Source: an uncultured Planctomycetia bacterium (lineage in GTDB: Bacteria > Omnitrophota > Gorgyraeia > 1-14-0-20-64-10). Taken from it: DNA of 64,000 nt. This document shows positions 8,712-18,159 of this stretch, one piece after another. The stretch spans positions 11,124 to 75,123 of the forward strand of contig CAYJQV010000003.1 in assembly GCA_964372395.1 (NCBI GenBank), written 5' to 3'. Position numbers and translations under genes: made by a program. A model generated the notes under the pieces. That model saw nothing but the letters and a program-made list of their open reading frames with translations, did no database searches and was not told the origin of the DNA. Positions within the stretch are counted from its first letter, which is position 1; each line of letters starts with the position of its first letter.

Positions 8712-9836
8712 CTAGCCCAGCTCCAGCACCCTGGGGAAAGAGGTGAGCTTCTCGCAGCCGGTTTCGGTCACGAGGAGATCGTCCTCGATCCGGATGCCGC
8801 CGGCATCGAGGTAATAGAGCCCCGGCTCCACCGTGACCACCTGGCCCGCCTTCAGCAGATCCGGAACCGGGCTGATCCTGGGCGGCTCGTGGATCTCCAG
8901 GCCGAGGCCATGGCCGGTCCCATGGAAGAAGCCCTGCATCCGTCCGCCCTGTTCGCCGGTCGGAAAGCCCTGCTGGGTGAAGTGATCGAGGATCTTCTGG
9001 TGGATCTTCTGGCCGTCAACCCCGTCCCGGATCATCCCGAAGGCGATCTCCTGCCCCTCCAGCACGGCCCGGTACATCTTCTTCACCTTGTCGGAGGGCC
9101 TGCCTTTCACCACGGTCCGGGTGATGTCCGCGTAGTAGCGGCTTGTCAGGGAGACAGGGAAAACGTCCAGGACGATGGGCCAGTGTGCCTTGAGGACGCC
9201 CGAGCCGATGCAGTGGGGGTCGCAGGCCTGCGTGCCACCCGCGACGATGGTCTCGCGAGCCAGACAATCGGACCCCATGAGGGTCAAGTGGAGCGTCTTG
9301 CGGATGAGCTCCGAGGTGAGCGGCCGGCTGCGCAGCCAGAGGTCGCCGTCCTTCACCTCCGCCTCGGCAATGAGCCCGATGGCGGACTTCAGCGCCTCCT
9401 CCGTCTTCTGGGCGGTCTGGCGGATCGCCTCCAACTCCTCCGGGCTCTTGATCATCCGTCGCGGAAAGAAGGGGTCGCTTCCGGCCTCCAGCGTGTAGCC
9501 CTTCCCGCGCAGCTTATCCGCGAGCGCAACCGGGAAGGAGGCCGGCACGCGGAGCCGCCGGATCTGCCGCTCTCGAAAGAGGAGGTCCAGCACCTCTGCC
9601 GTGCCGGAGCGCTCCGCCCCCCTCTTCTTCGCCTCCGCCTGGAGCTTCGAGAGGGAAAGGACCTCGTCCACCTTCGCCTCGCTCCTCGCCCGATCCACCT
9701 CCAGGTCGCTCATGACCAGCGTCTTCCGGCCGTCCGCCTGGACGAAGATAAAGGAGTCCGGTGCCCAGAAACGGGTCGCCCAGTAGAGGTTGGCGTCCTG
9801 CTCGCTCGCCGCAACGATCAGGATTGCTTCATCCAC
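8712..9836 (-). CDS. M24-family Xaa-Pro aminopeptidase/dipeptidase
   Basis: 374 aa with an N-terminal creatinase-like domain and C-terminal metal ligands typical of PepP/PepQ (...HGTGHGLGLEIHEPP..., GIRIEDD). Confidence 0.85.
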   Translation of the reverse strand: MDEAILIVAASEQDANLYWATRFWAPDSFIFVQADGRKTLVMSDLEVDRARSEAKVDEVLSLSKLQAEAKKRGAERSGTAEVLDLLFRERQIRRLRVPASFPVALADKLRGKGYTLEAGSDPFFPRRMIKSPEELEAIRQTAQKTEEALKSAIGLIAEAEVKDGDLWLRSRPLTSELIRKTLHLTLMGSDCLARETIVAGGTQACDPHCIGSGVLKAHWPIVLDVFPVSLTSRYYADITRTVVKGRPSDKVKKMYRAVLEGQEIAFGMIRDGVDGQKIHQKILDHFTQQGFPTGEQGGRMQGFFHGTGHGLGLEIHEPPRISPVPDLLKAGQVVTVEPGLYYLDAGGIRIEDDLLVTETGCEKLTSFPRVLELG

Positions 9837-10305
9837 CGTAGTGCCAGCCCGTTTCCTTCAAGGTGAGCGGCTCCGCCGGCTTCCCCAGCCCCGCCTCCAC
9901 CACCTCGCCGACAACGATGGAGTGGTCGCCCGCCGGATGGATCGCCCGGACCCTGCACTCCAGGAAGGCCGGCGCCTCCTCAAGGATCGGCGCACCGGTC
10001 GAACCCGCACGGTGGGGAACCCCGGCCAGCTTGTCGCCCCCCAGGTGCGCCGGCTTGATGAAGTGCTGGGCGAGCGGCTTCTGGCCGGCCCCGAGCAGGT
10101 TCACCGCAAAAACGCCCGAGGCCTCGATCATCTGGAAGGAGAGACTGTCCTTGCGCACCCCCAAGGCGACCAGCGGCGGCTCGAAAGAGATCTGCGTGAC
10201 CCACGTGGCGGTGAAGGCGTTGCGGCGCTCGCCGTCGCAGACGCCGATCACGTAGACGCCGTGCACGATCCGGCGCAGCGCCTGCTTCTTCACCTCAGGA
10301 TCCAC
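9829..10305 (-). CDS. flavin reductase-like (FMN-binding split-barrel) protein
   Basis: RRIVHGVYVIGVCDGERRNAFTATWVTQISFEPPLVALGV... is the flavin reductase family. I place the start at the GTG at about 10303-10305; the longer upstream ORF-track extension is low-complexity and overlaps repeat locus 2. Confidence 0.75.
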   Translation of the reverse strand: MDPEVKKQALRRIVHGVYVIGVCDGERRNAFTATWVTQISFEPPLVALGVRKDSLSFQMIEASGVFAVNLLGAGQKPLAQHFIKPAHLGGDKLAGVPHRAGSTGAPILEEAPAFLECRVRAIHPAGDHSIVVGEVVEAGLGKPAEPLTLKETGWHYGG

Positions 10306-10306
10306 C

Positions 10307-10349
10307 GGGGTCAGACCCTCTGGGGTCAGACCCTCTGGGGTCTGACCCC
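10307..10349. repeat. 15-bp dyad repeat family B, locus 2 (two direct units + one inverted unit, tail CTATAGGGGTTATG)
   Basis: GGGGTCAGACCCTCT GGGGTCAGACCCTCT GGGGTCTGACCCC, intergenic between divergent genes. Confidence 0.8.
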
Positions 10350-10371
10350 AGCATGGTATGCTATAGGGGTT

Positions 10372-10617
10372 ATGTCGCTCATGCCGAAGCTGCTCTTGGT
10401 TCTCCTCTTGACCGCCGCCGTCAACCTGCCGTTCGGTTACTGGCGCCAGGGCCTCAAGAAATTCACCCTGCCCTGGTGGCTCGCCATCCACCTGCCGATC
10501 CCCCTCATCATCGCCTTCCGGATCGGCCTGGGGATTCCGTACTCCACGGTCCCGCTGGTCATCGCCTCCGCCGTCGCCGGCCAGTGGGCCGGCGGCCGGC
10601 TGAGGAAGCCCCGCTGA
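10372..10617 (+). CDS. small hydrophobic membrane protein (~81 aa)
   Basis: MSLMPKLLLVLLLTAAVNLPFGYWRQGLKKFTLPWWLAIHLPIPLIIAFRIGLGIPY... has two to three TM helices. It overlaps the 3' end of cbiX on the opposite strand. Confidence 0.5.
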   Translation: MSLMPKLLLVLLLTAAVNLPFGYWRQGLKKFTLPWWLAIHLPIPLIIAFRIGLGIPYSTVPLVIASAVAGQWAGGRLRKPR

Positions 10618-11146
10618 TCCGGCGCCGGATGTGCCGCTCCAGCAGGCGCGCCACCTCCTCAAGCTCGAACGGCCAGACGTAATCGATCCGAACCCCGGGA
10701 TTCTCCCGGCGCAGCCCTTCCAGCGTGCGCGGGATGTCCCGCTCGGAATGGACCCCGCCCGGCGTCAGCATCGAAGGGACCACGAGGATCCGCCGGGCTC
10801 CCCGGGTGATCAAACCGCGGACCGCCTCGCCGACCGACGGGCTGCAAAACTCATTATAGCCGATCGCAAACAGCTCCGCCGGAAGATGCGGCCGCAGGAC
10901 CCTGGCCAGGCCCTCCAGCCCTCTCTTGTACGGATCGTTCCCGGGGGTCCGCGGCCAGCTCCGGATCTTGGAATCCAGCTCCCGGATCCGCTCTCGCACA
11001 TGCGGCCCGCCTCCGGCCCCGCGGCCCGCGTGGCCGGCCCACTCCAGCCCCATGAGCTCGCCGATCCACTCCGGGGGACAGTCGGTCGCCGGCACGCCGT
11101 GACCAGCCAGGACCACACCGATTCTCTGCCGTGGCCTCGCCTTCAT
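10559..11146 (-). CDS. cbiX: CbiX/SirB-type sirohydrochlorin chelatase
   Basis: 195 aa; IGVVLAGHG..., ...RILVVPSMLTPGGVH... fit the CbiX small chelatase fold. The C-terminal Arg-rich tail may be over-extended. Confidence 0.7.
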   Translation of the reverse strand: MKARPRQRIGVVLAGHGVPATDCPPEWIGELMGLEWAGHAGRGAGGGPHVRERIRELDSKIRSWPRTPGNDPYKRGLEGLARVLRPHLPAELFAIGYNEFCSPSVGEAVRGLITRGARRILVVPSMLTPGGVHSERDIPRTLEGLRRENPGVRIDYVWPFELEEVARLLERHIRRRISGASSAGRRPTGRRRRRR

Positions 11147-11159
11147 CGCCGCAGCCCCT

Positions 11160-11993
11160 TCACCCCTTCATCATCTCCCGAACCATCCGCCCGTACTGCC
11201 GGTTCATCTCGCCTCGCACCCGTGACAGAAGCCGGCGCAGACTGCGCGGCTGAGCGCCCGGGGTGATCGGCGGAAGGATCCGAACCCGCAGAGGTCTCCC
11301 GGGGCGGAAGACCCATCCGCCGCGGGGCAGAAGCTGCCGGGTTCCACACACCACCACCGGGACAATCGGGGTATCGGTCTCCACGGCAAGCCGGAATCCG
11401 CCGCTCTCGAACCGGCCCAGGAGGCCGGTGTGACTGCGCGTCCCCTCCGGAAAGAGGAAGACGGAGATCCCCTTGCCCAGCCAGCGCCTGGCCTGCTCCA
11501 GCGCCCGCCGACCGGACCGCGCCTCTCCCCGCCGCACCGGCACGTAGCCGGCCATCCGCATCCCCCACCCGAGGAACGGAATCCGGAAGAGCGCCTCATC
11601 CGCCACCCAGCGGAACTGGACCGGAAGATCGAACAGGAGCGGCACATCGACGTAGCTCTGATGATTCGCCATGAGAATCGCCGGCTTCCTCCCCGGAAGA
11701 TGCTCCTTTCCGATGAACTCCACCCGCCGGCCGGGCAGCATGCCCACCAGCATCCCGCCCCAGCGGGAAGCGATCCGGTGCAGCAGCCGCCTCTCCGGAT
11801 CCAGCCACGGCCGGAGAAGCCAGACCGGCACCATCGCCAGGCACATCACCGCCGTCGAAAGGCCCACCCCGACCCAGCCGGGAATCGAGAGAACCGCCGC
11901 GCCCCACAGGGCGAGGGGCTGTCCTGCCCGCCGCAGGGGAAAGAGGCCCGCCGCTCTCTGCGTCATCGCGGAGGGAAGGCCTCGCTCACCCAC
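11160..11993 (-). CDS. plsC: 1-acyl-sn-glycerol-3-phosphate acyltransferase
   Basis: HX4D motif NHQSYVDV and the FPEGTRS motif, with N-terminal TM segments. Confidence 0.85.
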   Translation of the reverse strand: MGERGLPSAMTQRAAGLFPLRRAGQPLALWGAAVLSIPGWVGVGLSTAVMCLAMVPVWLLRPWLDPERRLLHRIASRWGGMLVGMLPGRRVEFIGKEHLPGRKPAILMANHQSYVDVPLLFDLPVQFRWVADEALFRIPFLGWGMRMAGYVPVRRGEARSGRRALEQARRWLGKGISVFLFPEGTRSHTGLLGRFESGGFRLAVETDTPIVPVVVCGTRQLLPRGGWVFRPGRPLRVRILPPITPGAQPRSLRRLLSRVRGEMNRQYGRMVREMMKG

Positions 11994-13305
11994 GCCAGCG
12001 CCTCGGCCCTGGAGGTGAGCTCCCCTTCCAGCTGTTTCTCCTCCACCGATTTGAGGATCGTCCCGATCGCCGGCCCCTGAGGGTAGCCCAGGCGAAGCAG
12101 GTCGTGCCCGTTGATGAGCGGTTTCGGCCTGATCTGCTCCTTCGGAAGCTCCTTGAGCTTCTTCCGGAGGAACCGCCAGTTGGAGAGATCCCCGTGAGAG
12201 GCAAGGCAGTCGGCCCGGTGCAGCTTGAGCTGATCCTCGAAGGTGGCCAGCTGCATGAAGCGCTTGAGGGTCGAGAGCCGCATCTGCCGGACGTCCTTGA
12301 AGCGCATGTGATCCCCGACGAGCTCCGCGATCGCCCCGGTCTCCGCGTTCGAGAAACGGAGCCGCCGGCAGATCGCCTCGGCCATCCTCCTCCCCACCCG
12401 GTCGTGGCCGTCGAACCGGATCCGCTCTGCGATCCGGAAGGTGGGAGGCTTGCCCACGTCATGCAGCAGGGCCCCCATCGCCACGATCGCCGAGCCGCTG
12501 GGGAGCTGATCGAGCACCCCCTTCGTGTGGACGAAGACATCCCCCTCCGGATGGAACTCCGGCGGCTGGGCCACCCCCTTCATCCTGGCCACCTCCGGCA
12601 GAACCACCCGGAGCAGGCCGGTCTCATCCAGCAGCTCCAACCCCCGCCCGGGATGCGGCCCGGTGAAGAGCCGGACCAGCTCATCCCGGATCCGCTCGGG
12701 GCTCACCTTCCGGATCTCCCCGGGCTCCCGGAGGATCGCCTCCCGCGTCTTGCCATCGAGCTGGAAATCCAGCACCGCGGCGAACCGGACCGCCCGGAGC
12801 ATGCGCAGCCGATCCTCTGCAAAGCGGCGGGCCGGATCCCCGATGGCGCGGACGAGGCGCCGTTTCAGATCCTCCCGCCCGCTGACGTAATCAATCACCT
12901 TGTCCTCGAGCGGATCGTAGAAGAGGCCGTTCACGGTGAAGTCCCGCCGCAGGGCATCCTCCTTCGCTGTGGAGAAGATCACGACGTCCGGATGCCGGGC
13001 GTCGCGGTACTCCCGGTCGGTCCGGAAGGTCGCCACCTCGTACGGGATCTCCCGCCGCAGAACCATCTGCACCCCAAACTGCACCCCCACGGGGATGGTC
13101 CTCCTGAAAAGGCGGGCCACCGCCTCCGGGCGGGCGCTGGTGGCTACATCAAAGTCCTTGGGAGGCCGCCCCATCAAGAGGTCGCGCACGCAGCCGCCGA
13201 CCAGCAGCGCTTCGTGTCCCGCCTTCTGCAGCGCCCGGACGATCTCCACCGCCCCGCGATATTTTGCCGTCCGCTTGAAACCGCCCTTCACCACTGCCTC
13301 CATCC
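11963..13305 (-). CDS. cca: CCA tRNA nucleotidyltransferase with HD domain
   Basis: Pol-beta nucleotidyltransferase head (LLVGGCVRDLLMGRPPKDFDVAT) plus a C-terminal HD domain (HDVGK). I place the start at MEAVVKGG, about 13303-13305; the upstream 318 codons of the ORF track are a low-complexity artefact. Confidence 0.85.
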
Positions 13306-14931
13306 TTCCCGGATGAGACTCGCCGCCAGTGCCAGGAGGAGCAGCGCCGCCACGGCGGTCGGATCCAGCCAGGGACCGCCGGCCTGGAGCCGGATGAGCC
13401 ACCCCTTCAGGAGGGTGACCAGGGCCCAGAGCGTCATGATCATCATGAAGAGGCATGGGACCGCGGCAAACCCCCACGGCTTTCCGGATTTCCTCAGCCA
13501 GGCCGTCAGCCCCATCAAGGTCAGCGCAGCCAAGAGCTGGTTGGAGGTTCCGAAGACAACCCAAAAGGCCTTCCAGGCCGGGATCACCTTGCCCGAGGCA
13601 TCCGCCAGCGTAGCCGTCACGAACCAGCACGGAAGCGCCAGGGTGGCGAGTGTGGCCGCAGCCCTTCCCCGCCGGCCCTGCCAGCCGAACAGCTCCTGAA
13701 GGATGTACCGGCCCAGCCGGGTCGCCACATCCAGCGTGTCGAAGATGAAGGTGGCAAACGCCAGCAGCACGAACGCCATCGCGAAGCCCGGATCCAGCCC
13801 CAGGCGCTGCACGAAGGCGGCCAGGCCCTGCGCGTAGATCCGGTCCGGCGAAAGCTTCGTGGCCGGATCGCCGGGCAGGAGCATCATGACCGTCGAAAGG
13901 GCGACGAGGGCCACCATCCCCTCCAGGAGCATCCCGCCGTACCCGATCGGCCGGCAGTCGCTCTCCCTGGCAATCTGCTTCGACGTGGTCCCTGAGGAAA
14001 CCAGCCCGTGGAAACCGGAGCAGGCCCCGCACGCCACCGTCACAAAGAGCATGGGAAAGAGCGGCGCGGCCTCCGCCCAGCGGAACCCGAGGAAAGCAGG
14101 GTACCGGACCGGCAGCCGGCCCAGGCTCAACCCCGCGATCCCCGCCAGCAGCGCCATATAGAGGAAGACACCCCCCAGATAGCCGCGCGGCTGAAGCAGC
14201 AGCCAGACCGGAAGCACCGATGCCAGGAAACAGTACCCCAGGACGATCCCGTTCCACAGCAGGACCGGCCGCAGCCCCGCCACCGCAGGCAGCTGGACCG
14301 GCAGAAGCTGGCCGGCCCAGATGATTGCCAGCAGAAGCGGGGCGAAAAGCGCCGTGGCAAGCCCCAAGCGGATCTTGAGGCGCTGCATGGAGAGCCCCAT
14401 CACGACCGCAAGCCCCAGATAGAGCAGAGAGGATGTCGCCACGGCGCCGCCCGAAGGCGGCTGTGCGAAGGAGGTGGAGGTGAGATCCGCAAAGGCGGTG
14501 ATCACATAGACCAGGGAGAGCCAGATGAAGGCGAGGAAGAGGCCGTAAGCGCGCTGGCCCATATGCTCCTGAACGATCTGCGCCACCGACCGCGCCTTGT
14601 GGCGGACCGACCCGAACAGACTGGAGAAATCATGGACCGCCCCGATGAAGATCGCCCCCAGCACGATCCAGAGCAGGGTCGGCAGCCAGCCGAAGGCCAG
14701 CCCGGCCAGGATGGGGCCCACGATCGGGCCGGCCGCGGCGATGGCGGAGAAATGCTGGCCAAGCAGGAACGGGGCCCTGGCCGGCACAAAGTCCACCCCG
14801 TCAGTCATCGTGCAGGCCGGGGTCGGCCGCACGTCGTTCAGGCCCAGGCGGCTCGCCACAAACCGGCTGTAGAGGAAATAGCCGATGGAAAAGAGGACCA
14901 CCACGATCGCCGCAACGAACCCCAGGCTCAC
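13288..14931 (-). CDS. cstA: carbon starvation protein A family transporter
   Basis: 547-aa polytopic membrane protein with the CstA N-terminal region (MSLGFVAAIVVVLFSIGYFLYSRF...GQHFSAIAAAGPIVGPILA...). Confidence 0.85.
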   Translation of the reverse strand: MSLGFVAAIVVVLFSIGYFLYSRFVASRLGLNDVRPTPACTMTDGVDFVPARAPFLLGQHFSAIAAAGPIVGPILAGLAFGWLPTLLWIVLGAIFIGAVHDFSSLFGSVRHKARSVAQIVQEHMGQRAYGLFLAFIWLSLVYVITAFADLTSTSFAQPPSGGAVATSSLLYLGLAVVMGLSMQRLKIRLGLATALFAPLLLAIIWAGQLLPVQLPAVAGLRPVLLWNGIVLGYCFLASVLPVWLLLQPRGYLGGVFLYMALLAGIAGLSLGRLPVRYPAFLGFRWAEAAPLFPMLFVTVACGACSGFHGLVSSGTTSKQIARESDCRPIGYGGMLLEGMVALVALSTVMMLLPGDPATKLSPDRIYAQGLAAFVQRLGLDPGFAMAFVLLAFATFIFDTLDVATRLGRYILQELFGWQGRRGRAAATLATLALPCWFVTATLADASGKVIPAWKAFWVVFGTSNQLLAALTLMGLTAWLRKSGKPWGFAAVPCLFMMIMTLWALVTLLKGWLIRLQAGGPWLDPTAVAALLLLALAASLIREGWRQW

Positions 14932-14956
14932 GTCCTCATCTCCATTGTGGCGGCCA

Positions 14957-15883
14957 TTATATCATCGCTTCCAGGTGGGCCTGGACCGAGCGGGCCAGCG
15001 ATGGCAGATGATAGCCGCCCTCGAGCAGCGAGACGATCCGCCCGCCGCAGCCTTCCTCCGCGAGTGTCACCAGCAGCCTGGTCATCCGCCGGTACCCCTC
15101 CTCGGTCAGCTCCATCTGGGCCAGCGGATCATTCCGGTGGGCGTCGAATCCCGCGGAGATGAGGATGAGCTGCGGCTGGTGGCGGCGCAGCGCCGGAAGG
15201 ATCTCCTCATGGAAACAGACCAGGTATTCCGCATCCCCTGCTCCCGGATCCAGCGGGATGTCCAGGATATTCCCCTTCCCGCGCTCCTGCCGGCGCCCGG
15301 TCCCGGGGTAGAGCGGCCACTGATGGAGGCTTGCGTAGAAAACCTCCGGGCTCTCTTCGAAGGCATGCTGGGTGCCGTTGCCGTGGTGAACGTCCCAGTC
15401 CACGATGGCGATCCGCTTCAGGCCGTGCCGGCCCTGCGCATACCGCGCCGCGATCGCCACGTTGTTGAAGAGGCAGAAGCCCAGCGCCACGTCCCGTTCG
15501 GCGTGATGCCCCGGCGGCCGGACGAGGCCGAATCCGCGGCGGATCCGGCCCGCCACCACGGCATCCACGAGCGTGAGCGCCCCATCCACCGCCAGCAGGG
15601 CAATCTCATAGGAAGCCGGGCAGATGCCGGTATCCGGCGAGTCGATTGCCGTCTCGCCCGCCTGACAGGCCCGTTCGACCCGCCGGATGTAGGCCGGATC
15701 GTGGACCGCCTCCACCCAGGAGCGTTCGTGCGGGACCGGCTCGAGAGGAATCAGCCTGCCGGCCAGCCCGACCGCCGCCAGGTGCTCCTCAATCGCCCTC
15801 AGGCGGGCCGGAGACTCGGGGTGTCCTGGGCCGGTGTCATGATCGAGGTATCGCGGAGAGCGGAGGAGGCCGATGTCGGCCAA
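14957..15883 (-). CDS. histone deacetylase-family amidohydrolase (AcuC/HDAC-like)
   Basis: HDAC motifs ...[12 protein letters not shown]..., [13 protein letters not shown] and GFDAH.... Confidence 0.85.
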   Translation of the reverse strand: MADIGLLRSPRYLDHDTGPGHPESPARLRAIEEHLAAVGLAGRLIPLEPVPHERSWVEAVHDPAYIRRVERACQAGETAIDSPDTGICPASYEIALLAVDGALTLVDAVVAGRIRRGFGLVRPPGHHAERDVALGFCLFNNVAIAARYAQGRHGLKRIAIVDWDVHHGNGTQHAFEESPEVFYASLHQWPLYPGTGRRQERGKGNILDIPLDPGAGDAEYLVCFHEEILPALRRHQPQLILISAGFDAHRNDPLAQMELTEEGYRRMTRLLVTLAEEGCGGRIVSLLEGGYHLPSLARSVQAHLEAMI

Positions 15884-15891
15884 CTGCGGTT

Positions 15892-16290
15892 CTAGAGCTC
15901 GCGGAGGAGCTCGATGGCCCGGTCCGGCTCGTCCGGCCGGAGGATGAGGCAGCCGCTCTTCTGGTTCTGTGCGGCGGTGCAGTAGGCGTACTCGATGTTG
16001 ATGTCGGCGCGGGCGAGCTTCCGCGCCACCTCGGCCAGCGCGCCGGGCTCGTTCTCCAGGTCCAGGACGATCACGTCCGATTCCAGGATGTAGACCCCGA
16101 GCTGCTCGAGGATGAGGAGGGCCTTGACCGGCCGGTCCGCGACCATCCGGACGATGGCATGGTCCACCGTGTCATGAACGGTGAGGGCCAGGATGTTGAT
16201 CCCGGCCTCGGCGAGGGTTCCGCAGATCCGGGCCATCCCGCCGGGGCGGTTCTCGAGGAAAATGGAAAGCTGCTTTTCAACCCTGACCAT
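15892..16290 (-). CDS. ACT-domain protein
   Basis: 132 aa with two ACT-like beta-alpha-beta-beta-alpha-beta halves ([21 protein letters not shown]...). Confidence 0.65.
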   Translation of the reverse strand: MVRVEKQLSIFLENRPGGMARICGTLAEAGINILALTVHDTVDHAIVRMVADRPVKALLILEQLGVYILESDVIVLDLENEPGALAEVARKLARADINIEYAYCTAAQNQKSGCLILRPDEPDRAIELLREL

Positions 16291-16816
16291 GGCTGCACCA
16301 GTACCGAGTATACTCCGTCAGGTGGGTCAACGTCGAGAGATCCCGCATCCGGTCGAGGAAGACCCTGCCCTGAAGATGATCCCACTCGTGCTGGATCACA
16401 CGGGCAAAGAACCCGCTCGCCGTGAACCGCATCCTCTTTCCCTGCGCGTCGTACGCCTCCACCTCCACCGAGCGCCAGCGCGGCACCCTTCCCCGCAGGC
16501 CCTCCACCGAGAGGCATCCCTCCCAGCCCTTCTCCTCGGCTTTCCCGGCCGGCTTCACCCGGGGATTGATGAGAACGGTGAGCGGTATCTTCGGCGCCTT
16601 CGGGTAACGGGAGTTTCGGTCGACCTTGATCACAGCCACCTGCGAGGAGACATGAACCTGGGGGGCTGCAATCCCCACCCCGTCATACTCCTGCATGGTC
16701 TGGATGAGATCCGACAGGAAGGCCCGGAAACCGGGCTGGCGGATGACGGCCGGAGTCACCGCTCTTGCCTTCTTCCTCAGCACCGGGTGGCCTAACCGGG
16801 CAACCTTCAGGATCAT
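16277..16816 (-). CDS. def: peptide deformylase
   Basis: MILKVARLGHPVLRKKA... with the motifs GVGIAAPQ, EGCLS and HEWDHL. I place the start at about 16814-16816; the ORF-track upstream extension is rejected. Confidence 0.9.
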   Translation of the reverse strand: MILKVARLGHPVLRKKARAVTPAVIRQPGFRAFLSDLIQTMQEYDGVGIAAPQVHVSSQVAVIKVDRNSRYPKAPKIPLTVLINPRVKPAGKAEEKGWEGCLSVEGLRGRVPRWRSVEVEAYDAQGKRMRFTASGFFARVIQHEWDHLQGRVFLDRMRDLSTLTHLTEYTRYWCSHGQG

Positions 16817-16849
16817 GCGCGGTACTGTATCAAATTGGCAAAAGGCACG

Positions 16850-16921
16850 CAAGCACAGCGGATACTTGACAAAAGAGTCGGATTTTAAGTATCCTTGATA
16901 TTGGGAGATAGGAGGCAGAAG
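16850..16921 (+). promoter_or_regulatory. putative promoter/operator of the Rrf2-suf operon (TTGACA-like box inside a 31-bp dyad ATACTT...AAGTAT) plus GGAGG RBS
   Basis: gATACTTGACAAAAGAGTCGGATTTTAAGTATcc has inverted ends ATACTT/AAGTAT flanking TTGACA. GGAGGCAGAAG precedes the GTG start of the Rrf2 gene. Confidence 0.4.
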
Positions 16922-17389
16922 GTGAAGATCACATCTCAGGAAGAGTATGGGTTGCGCTGCATGCTGCAGCTGGCGCAGGCGGATGCCCGGCAGGGGCTGA
17001 CCGTCAAGGAGATCGCCGGCCGGGAGGGATTGTCCCCGGCCTATGTGGAGAAGCTGCTTCGGCTCCTCGCCAGGGCCGGATTCATCCACTCGGTCCGCGG
17101 CGTGCATGGCGGCTACCTCCTCAGCCGGAACCCGGCGGAGATCAGTCTCGGAGAAGTGGTGAGGGCGCTGGGGAGCCTGCCGACGACCCAGGATATCTGC
17201 GACCGGCATCCGGGCAACCGGACCAGCTGCATTCACATCGACGACTGCTGCATCCGCTCCGCCTGGGCGACGCTGACCAGCGCCATCGAGGGCTTCATGG
17301 GCAAGGTCTTCATCTCCGACCTGGTGGGTCCCGAGAGCAAGGTGCGGGTCTCGCTTCAGCAGCGGATCACGACACCTTTCTCGGTATAG
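16922..17389 (+). CDS. Rrf2-family transcriptional regulator (IscR/SufR-like)
   Basis: [19 protein letters not shown]... has the Rrf2 HTH. C-terminal cysteines ([18 protein letters not shown]) suggest an Fe-S sensing type. It sits directly upstream of sufCBD. Confidence 0.8.
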   Translation: MKITSQEEYGLRCMLQLAQADARQGLTVKEIAGREGLSPAYVEKLLRLLARAGFIHSVRGVHGGYLLSRNPAEISLGEVVRALGSLPTTQDICDRHPGNRTSCIHIDDCCIRSAWATLTSAIEGFMGKVFISDLVGPESKVRVSLQQRITTPFSV

Positions 17390-17403
17390 GAGGGAATGAG
17401 GCG

Positions 17404-18159
17404 ATGGGCAAGCCGCTGCTGGAGATCGAAAATCTCCACGTGAGCGTGGAGGGAAAGGAGATCCTCAAGGGAATCTCCCTCTCCCTGGAGAAGGGAGAGG
17501 TCCATGCCCTCATGGGCCCCAACGGCTCGGGCAAGTCGACCCTGTCCAACGCCCTCTTGGGACACCCCAAGTATCAGGCAACGCAAGGGACCGTCCTCTT
17601 CCAGGGACAGGATCTGCTGGCGCTCAAGACCGACGCGCGGGCGCGCAGCGGCATCTTCCTCGCCTTCCAGTATCCGACGGCGATCCAGGGGGTGAGCGTC
17701 GCCAACTTCCTGCGGACCGCGATGAAGGCCCGGTTCGGCGACGGATTCCAGCCGAAGGAGTTCCGCCGACAGCTCAAATCGGCCATGCAGCAGCTCGGCA
17801 TTGACGAATCCTTTGCCCCCCGCTACGTCAACGACGGCTTTTCCGGGGGCGAGAAGAAGCGGCACGAGATCCTGCAGATGGCGCTGCTCAAGCCGGTGCT
17901 GGCCATCCTGGATGAGACCGATTCGGGGCTGGACATCGACGCCCTGCGGACGGTGGCCGAAGGGATCAACCGGCTGCGCGGGCCGGAGCTGGGGATTCTG
18001 CTCATCACCCATTACCAGCGTCTGCTCAACTACGTCGAGCCGGACGCGGTGCATGTCCTCCTGGACGGCCGGATCGTCCGTTCCGCGGGGAAGGAGCTGG
18101 CGCACGAACTCGAGGCGAAGGGGTACGCCCCCTATGAAAAGGAGCTGGTCGTCCCATGA
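17404..18159 (+). CDS. sufC: Fe-S cluster assembly ATPase SufC
   Basis: Walker [13 protein letters not shown] signature FSGGEKKR, Walker B/D-loop [14 protein letters not shown]. Confidence 0.95.
   Translation: MGKPLLEIENLHVSVEGKEILKGISLSLEKGEVHALMGPNGSGKSTLSNALLGHPKYQATQGTVLFQGQDLLALKTDARARSGIFLAFQYPTAIQGVSVANFLRTAMKARFGDGFQPKEFRRQLKSAMQQLGIDESFAPRYVNDGFSGGEKKRHEILQMALLKPVLAILDETDSGLDIDALRTVAEGINRLRGPELGILLITHYQRLLNYVEPDAVHVLLDGRIVRSAGKELAHELEAKGYAPYEKELVVP

Noticed and set aside
8397-9866. 489-aa plus-strand ORF
   Set aside because: It is antisense to the well-supported M24 peptidase gene and has low-complexity composition.
12104-13699. 531-aa plus-strand ORF
   Set aside because: It is antisense to cca and cstA, is Pro/Arg/His-rich and has no motifs.
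14008-16795. Long plus-strand ORFs 14008-15162, 14885-15895, 15646-16425 and 16181-16795
   Set aside because: They are antisense to the cstA, HDAC-like, ACT and def genes. Composition is typical of reverse-frame artefacts.
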